A DNA stretch of 64,000 nucleotides. Source: Coniocarpon cinnabarinum (taxonomy: Eukaryota). Each line of letters starts with the position of its first letter. Position 1 is the first letter of the stretch. A program made the translations under genes and the position numbers. Below, one piece after another: positions 60,629 to 64,000 of the stretch. The notes beneath the pieces are model-generated. The model saw only the letters and a list, made by a program, of their open reading frames with translations, had not been told where the DNA came from and made no database searches. The DNA lies in contig JAVECO010000042.1 of assembly GCA_051942205.1 (NCBI GenBank), positions 62,001-126,000 on the forward strand, given 5' to 3'.

Positions 60629-60634
60629 CCTCGG
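60629..60634. promoter_or_regulatory. CCTCGG FarA/FarB-type site upstream of methylcitrate synthase
   Basis: Exact hexamer ~175 bp upstream of the ATG. Confidence 0.5.
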
Positions 60635-60802
60635 TCAAGACGAGAGCTACCCGAAGGCTCGTCTTTATCTTGAGCTCAACGCAACCGAAAAGCTCTGCAT
60701 CGATTCATAAAAGCTACATTGCTTTCGACCTCTTCTGGGTTGGTTTGCTAAGTTGTAGGTTCGCGATCTGGAGTCTGGGATCTTCCACAGTTGTCGCCCA
60801 CC

Positions 60803-62291
60803 ATGGCGTTGAACGCTCGGCTATGTACAAAAGCCCTTCGAGCTACGAAGGTGGGTGATGCCCGCCAGACTATGTCCAGTCAAATATTGACAAGATGTGT
60901 AGACTCGATTCAAAGGCCTCGCTCCCGCAGCACAAACAGCCGCATGCCGACAATACTCCTCCTCACCTGAGCCCAGCTTGAAGGAATCCCTCGCCTCACA
61001 CATCCCCGCCAAGCGTGATCTGGTAAAGCAGGTGCGCTCCCACGCCGACAAAGAGATTGGTACGGTGAAGATTGACAATACCCTAGGCGGGATGCGCGGT
61101 CTGAAGGCTATGGTGTGGGAGGGTTCTGTTCTTGACGCAGATGAGGGCATTCGTTTCCACGGGAAGACGATCAAAGACTGCCAAAGAGAGCTGCCAAAGG
61201 GTACATCAGGGACAGAGATGCTGCCGGAAGCCATGTTCTGGCTACTTTTAACAGGCGAAGTGCCCACTGTGCGACAGGTACGGGCGCTGTCTAAAGAGCT
61301 GGCCGAGAAGAGCGACCTCCCTCTATTCGTGGAAAAGATGCTCGATGACTTCCCCACCGATCTTCACCCAATGACTCAATTCGCGTGCGCGGTGTCTGCT
61401 TTAAATTATACCTCCGGCTTTGCAAAAGCGTACGAGCGTGGCATGAACAAGGCGGACTACTGGGAGCCGGTCTTTGACGACTGCATTTCCCTACTTGCTA
61501 AGCTACCTGTCATTGCTGCGAAGATCTACCAGAATGCGTACAAGGGAGGTGGCGCGTTACCAGCACAGCCGAACCCTGACATGGACTGGAGTCACAACTT
61601 CGCTGCCATGCTAGGCAAGGGCGGACCAGAACACGAGGGTTTCCAAGACTTATTAAGACTGTATCTTGCGCTCCATGGCGATCATGAGGGCGGTAACGTG
61701 TCAGCGCATGCAACACATTTGGTTGGCTCCGCGCTTTCAGACCCTTTCCTCTCATATTCCGCCGGGCTCCAAGGCCTCGCAGGTCCACTGCATGGTCTAG
61801 CAGCACAAGAAGTGCTTCGCTTTATTCTTGACATGCAAGCTGAGGTCGGCACTTCCTTCACAGAGCAAGACGTGAAAGATTACCTCTGGAACCTCTTGAA
61901 GTCCGGCAGAGTCATCCCTGGCTATGGCCACGCAGTCCTCCGCAAGCCAGACCCTCGCTTCGAAGCACTGATAGACTTCGCAATGGCGCGACCCGAGATC
62001 CAGAAGGATCCTGTGTTTGCGCTCGTCAAGAAGAACAGTGAGATTGCACCTGGCGTGCTGTTAGAGCATGGCAAAACAAAAAATCCACATCCGAATGTTG
62101 ACTCAGCAAGTGGTGTGCTCTTCCATCATTATGGGTTCAAGGAACAACTGTATTATACAGTGACGTTTGGTGTTAGCCGTGGGCTTGGTCCACTGGCGCA
62201 GCTTATTTGGGATCGAGCACTGGGTCTGCCGATCGAGCGGCCAAAGAGCATGGATCTCAAGGGCTTGTTGGCACTTGCAGGTGGAAAATAA
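60803..62291 (+). CDS. mcsA: Mitochondrial 2-methylcitrate synthase (citrate synthase family), 2 exons
   Basis: Exon 1 MALNARLCTKALRATK, then GGMRGLKAMVWEGSVLDA.EGIRFHG, LHGDHEGGNVSAH, GYGHAVLRKPDPR and PNVDSASG. The HGDH/KPDPR/DSASG variants and the neighbouring prpD favour methylcitrate synthase over CIT1. Confidence 0.9.
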
Positions 62292-62592
62292 ATCAAATAT
62301 ACATAGAGAGCAAAGTACTGAACGTTGGACTGTTGAAGCATATCCACGTCTTACACCTCAACGAATTTTGGTCTGGATCAGGCCATCTGCGGGCTCTCTT
62401 GCAAGTCTACACCATCGTAGTGATCCCGGCCCATATCCTTTTTACGCGCTCAAGCAGACCATTCTTGAATCCAGACGGACTACCGTCACGTTGCTTACGT
62501 CAATGGATTGGGGGTTGAATTGTAGATTATATTGCAAACAAGAAGCGTTTCTACCTGCTCGCACCAGTCAACTAAGCGCAAAAACTTGCAAT

Positions 62593-62666
62593 GCCCGGGT
62601 AGCGCAATCGGTCAGAGCGTGGGACTTTTAATCCCAAGGTTGTGGGTTCGAGTCCCACCTCGGGCG
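62593..62666 (+). tRNA. tRNA-Lys (anticodon UUU), intronless
   Basis: Acceptor stem GCCCGGG/CTCGGGC, anticodon arm TGGGA-CTTTTAA-TCCCA and T-arm GTGGG-TTCGAGT-CCCAC. Confidence 0.96.
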
Positions 62667-62672
62667 GCCAGC

Positions 62673-62678
62673 TTTTTT
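62673..62678 (+). terminator. Pol III oligo-T terminator
   Basis: TTTTTT immediately downstream of tRNA-Lys. Confidence 0.75.
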
Positions 62679-64000
62679 GAGCCGTTTTCAGACCTTTTGA
62701 GGTCGTTGACGTCGATTTTTGTCCAAATTCCAGATCGTCCGTGTATACATCACGTGATTTGCTTAGTGAAACAACACGTGGCTCGCCAACGTGCATCACC
62801 TTCCGCCTATAGGGGGGAAAAGGGAAAAATAGGAGCATAAACATTATGCTAGAAGCAAGCGAGATTAACATGGTGTAATAGGCATCTTTGTCCGTATGTG
62901 TGAGTGTATCTGCTATCATTAAAAGGGCGTGCCTTGACGCATGATTCTAAGAAAGACAGCAGGTAAGATTGCGTCTGGTATTGCATTCCAACAGGATACT
63001 ACAAGACGGCCGCGATCTATAGACATTCCATGTTCGAAATTGTAGAGCAATGTTTGATAGCTTCTGAGATGACATGAACGGTGAGCCAGAAGGTGCTGCT
63101 TCAGTTGCTGTGTCTACTGACAGTGGGCGTATACGGGCCTTTGCTTGCGACTTCTCATTTGTCGCGTCGATATGATCCCGTCGAAGTTCTTGCATCAAGT
63201 CGCACGAATTCGAAAAGCACTAGCGCCTTGCCAGAAGGCTTCAGCATCGTCCGTCAAAGCAAAGGATTTGACTTGAGTCATCCGATACTCGACAAGCCTA
63301 TTTTGATTGCTTGGGTCATGAGACGCAGCCGGATGAATGGCATATGCACTGAGCGTGTCGGTACCGCTATGAAAGCCCAGCTCAGTGTGTACGCATTTTT
63401 ATCTGGGGCGGCTTTGATGGACAGCGTGCACACGACTTAGATATGATACCGACACTATTAAAGAAATACGAAGGGAAATCAAGTGAAAGTGGGTCAGGCC
63501 AAGGTTTGTATGTCGGTTCATTATTCGCAAGTTAGCGAGATTCTGGTCCATTTGCAAGCGTTGAGCCCCTGCCTCCTTCGCATTCAATTGGTCTTGGAGC
63601 ACAATTCGATCCAATAACCTGAACAATGCTCTTATCCCAACCGGGTCGCAGGGACCCGCTCCTTAGCAATATTCTTCTCGCGCTACCAAAGTAGAACATA
63701 CAGTCTTTGCAGAATGGAAGTTGACATTTCTTTGGCTGGAACTAGCCAAGTGTAGATTAGATGACTCTGCTTGTTTACCTTGCTTCACATTTCGCAGCTA
63801 ATCGAGCCACAAGTTTATCGAAGCTAGGGCACACACTTGGGTTTCGCCTCCATTCGCAATACAAGTTCGGGAGTTATAAATGCATGTGAATTAATGATCA
63901 TACCCTTTGACAGCTGTGCCTCATACGTCTACGCACTAGGATATAGCTACTCCAGATTGAGAGCAATGCTTTACGGCAAATGCAAGTATACGCCCGCCAA

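Noticed and set aside
62947..63727. Possible spliced minus-strand orphan gene (MSTSILQRL + GTATGT donor)
   Set aside because: The first intron is plausible, but downstream frames hit stops and no family is recognisable, so it was left uncalled.

Overview
Gene-dense, intron-containing DNA from a filamentous ascomycete (Pezizomycotina; short GT-AG introns with CTRAC-type branch sites). I cannot narrow the taxon further. The left half holds mostly housekeeping genes: an SDR, CFD1, cryptochrome-DASH, a SET/MYND protein, RQT4, WBP11, HSP12, glutamate decarboxylase, a Zn2Cys6 factor, a PPIL1-type cyclophilin, a formaldehyde/alcohol dehydrogenase and an FAD monooxygenase. A transition-riddled, RIP-like repeat relic follows at ~30.5-32.0 kb. 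The right half (32.6-62.3 kb) carries all three dedicated methylcitrate-cycle genes (methylisocitrate lyase, methylcitrate dehydratase, methylcitrate synthase). With them are fumarase, mitochondrial pyruvate carrier MPC2, an FMN alpha-hydroxyacid/lactate oxidase and complex I subunit NDUFA2. Four of these genes have a CCGAGG (FarA/FarB-type) site 95-175 bp upstream. Interleaved in this block are two sexual-cycle genes (REC8 and a RID/Masc1-type C5 methyltransferase), a HET-domain gene, a DUF2256/DUF3253-like gene and a tandem array of small F-box-like orphan genes. A tRNA-Lys(UUU) lies near the right end. Gene spans were read by eye and exon boundaries are predictions.
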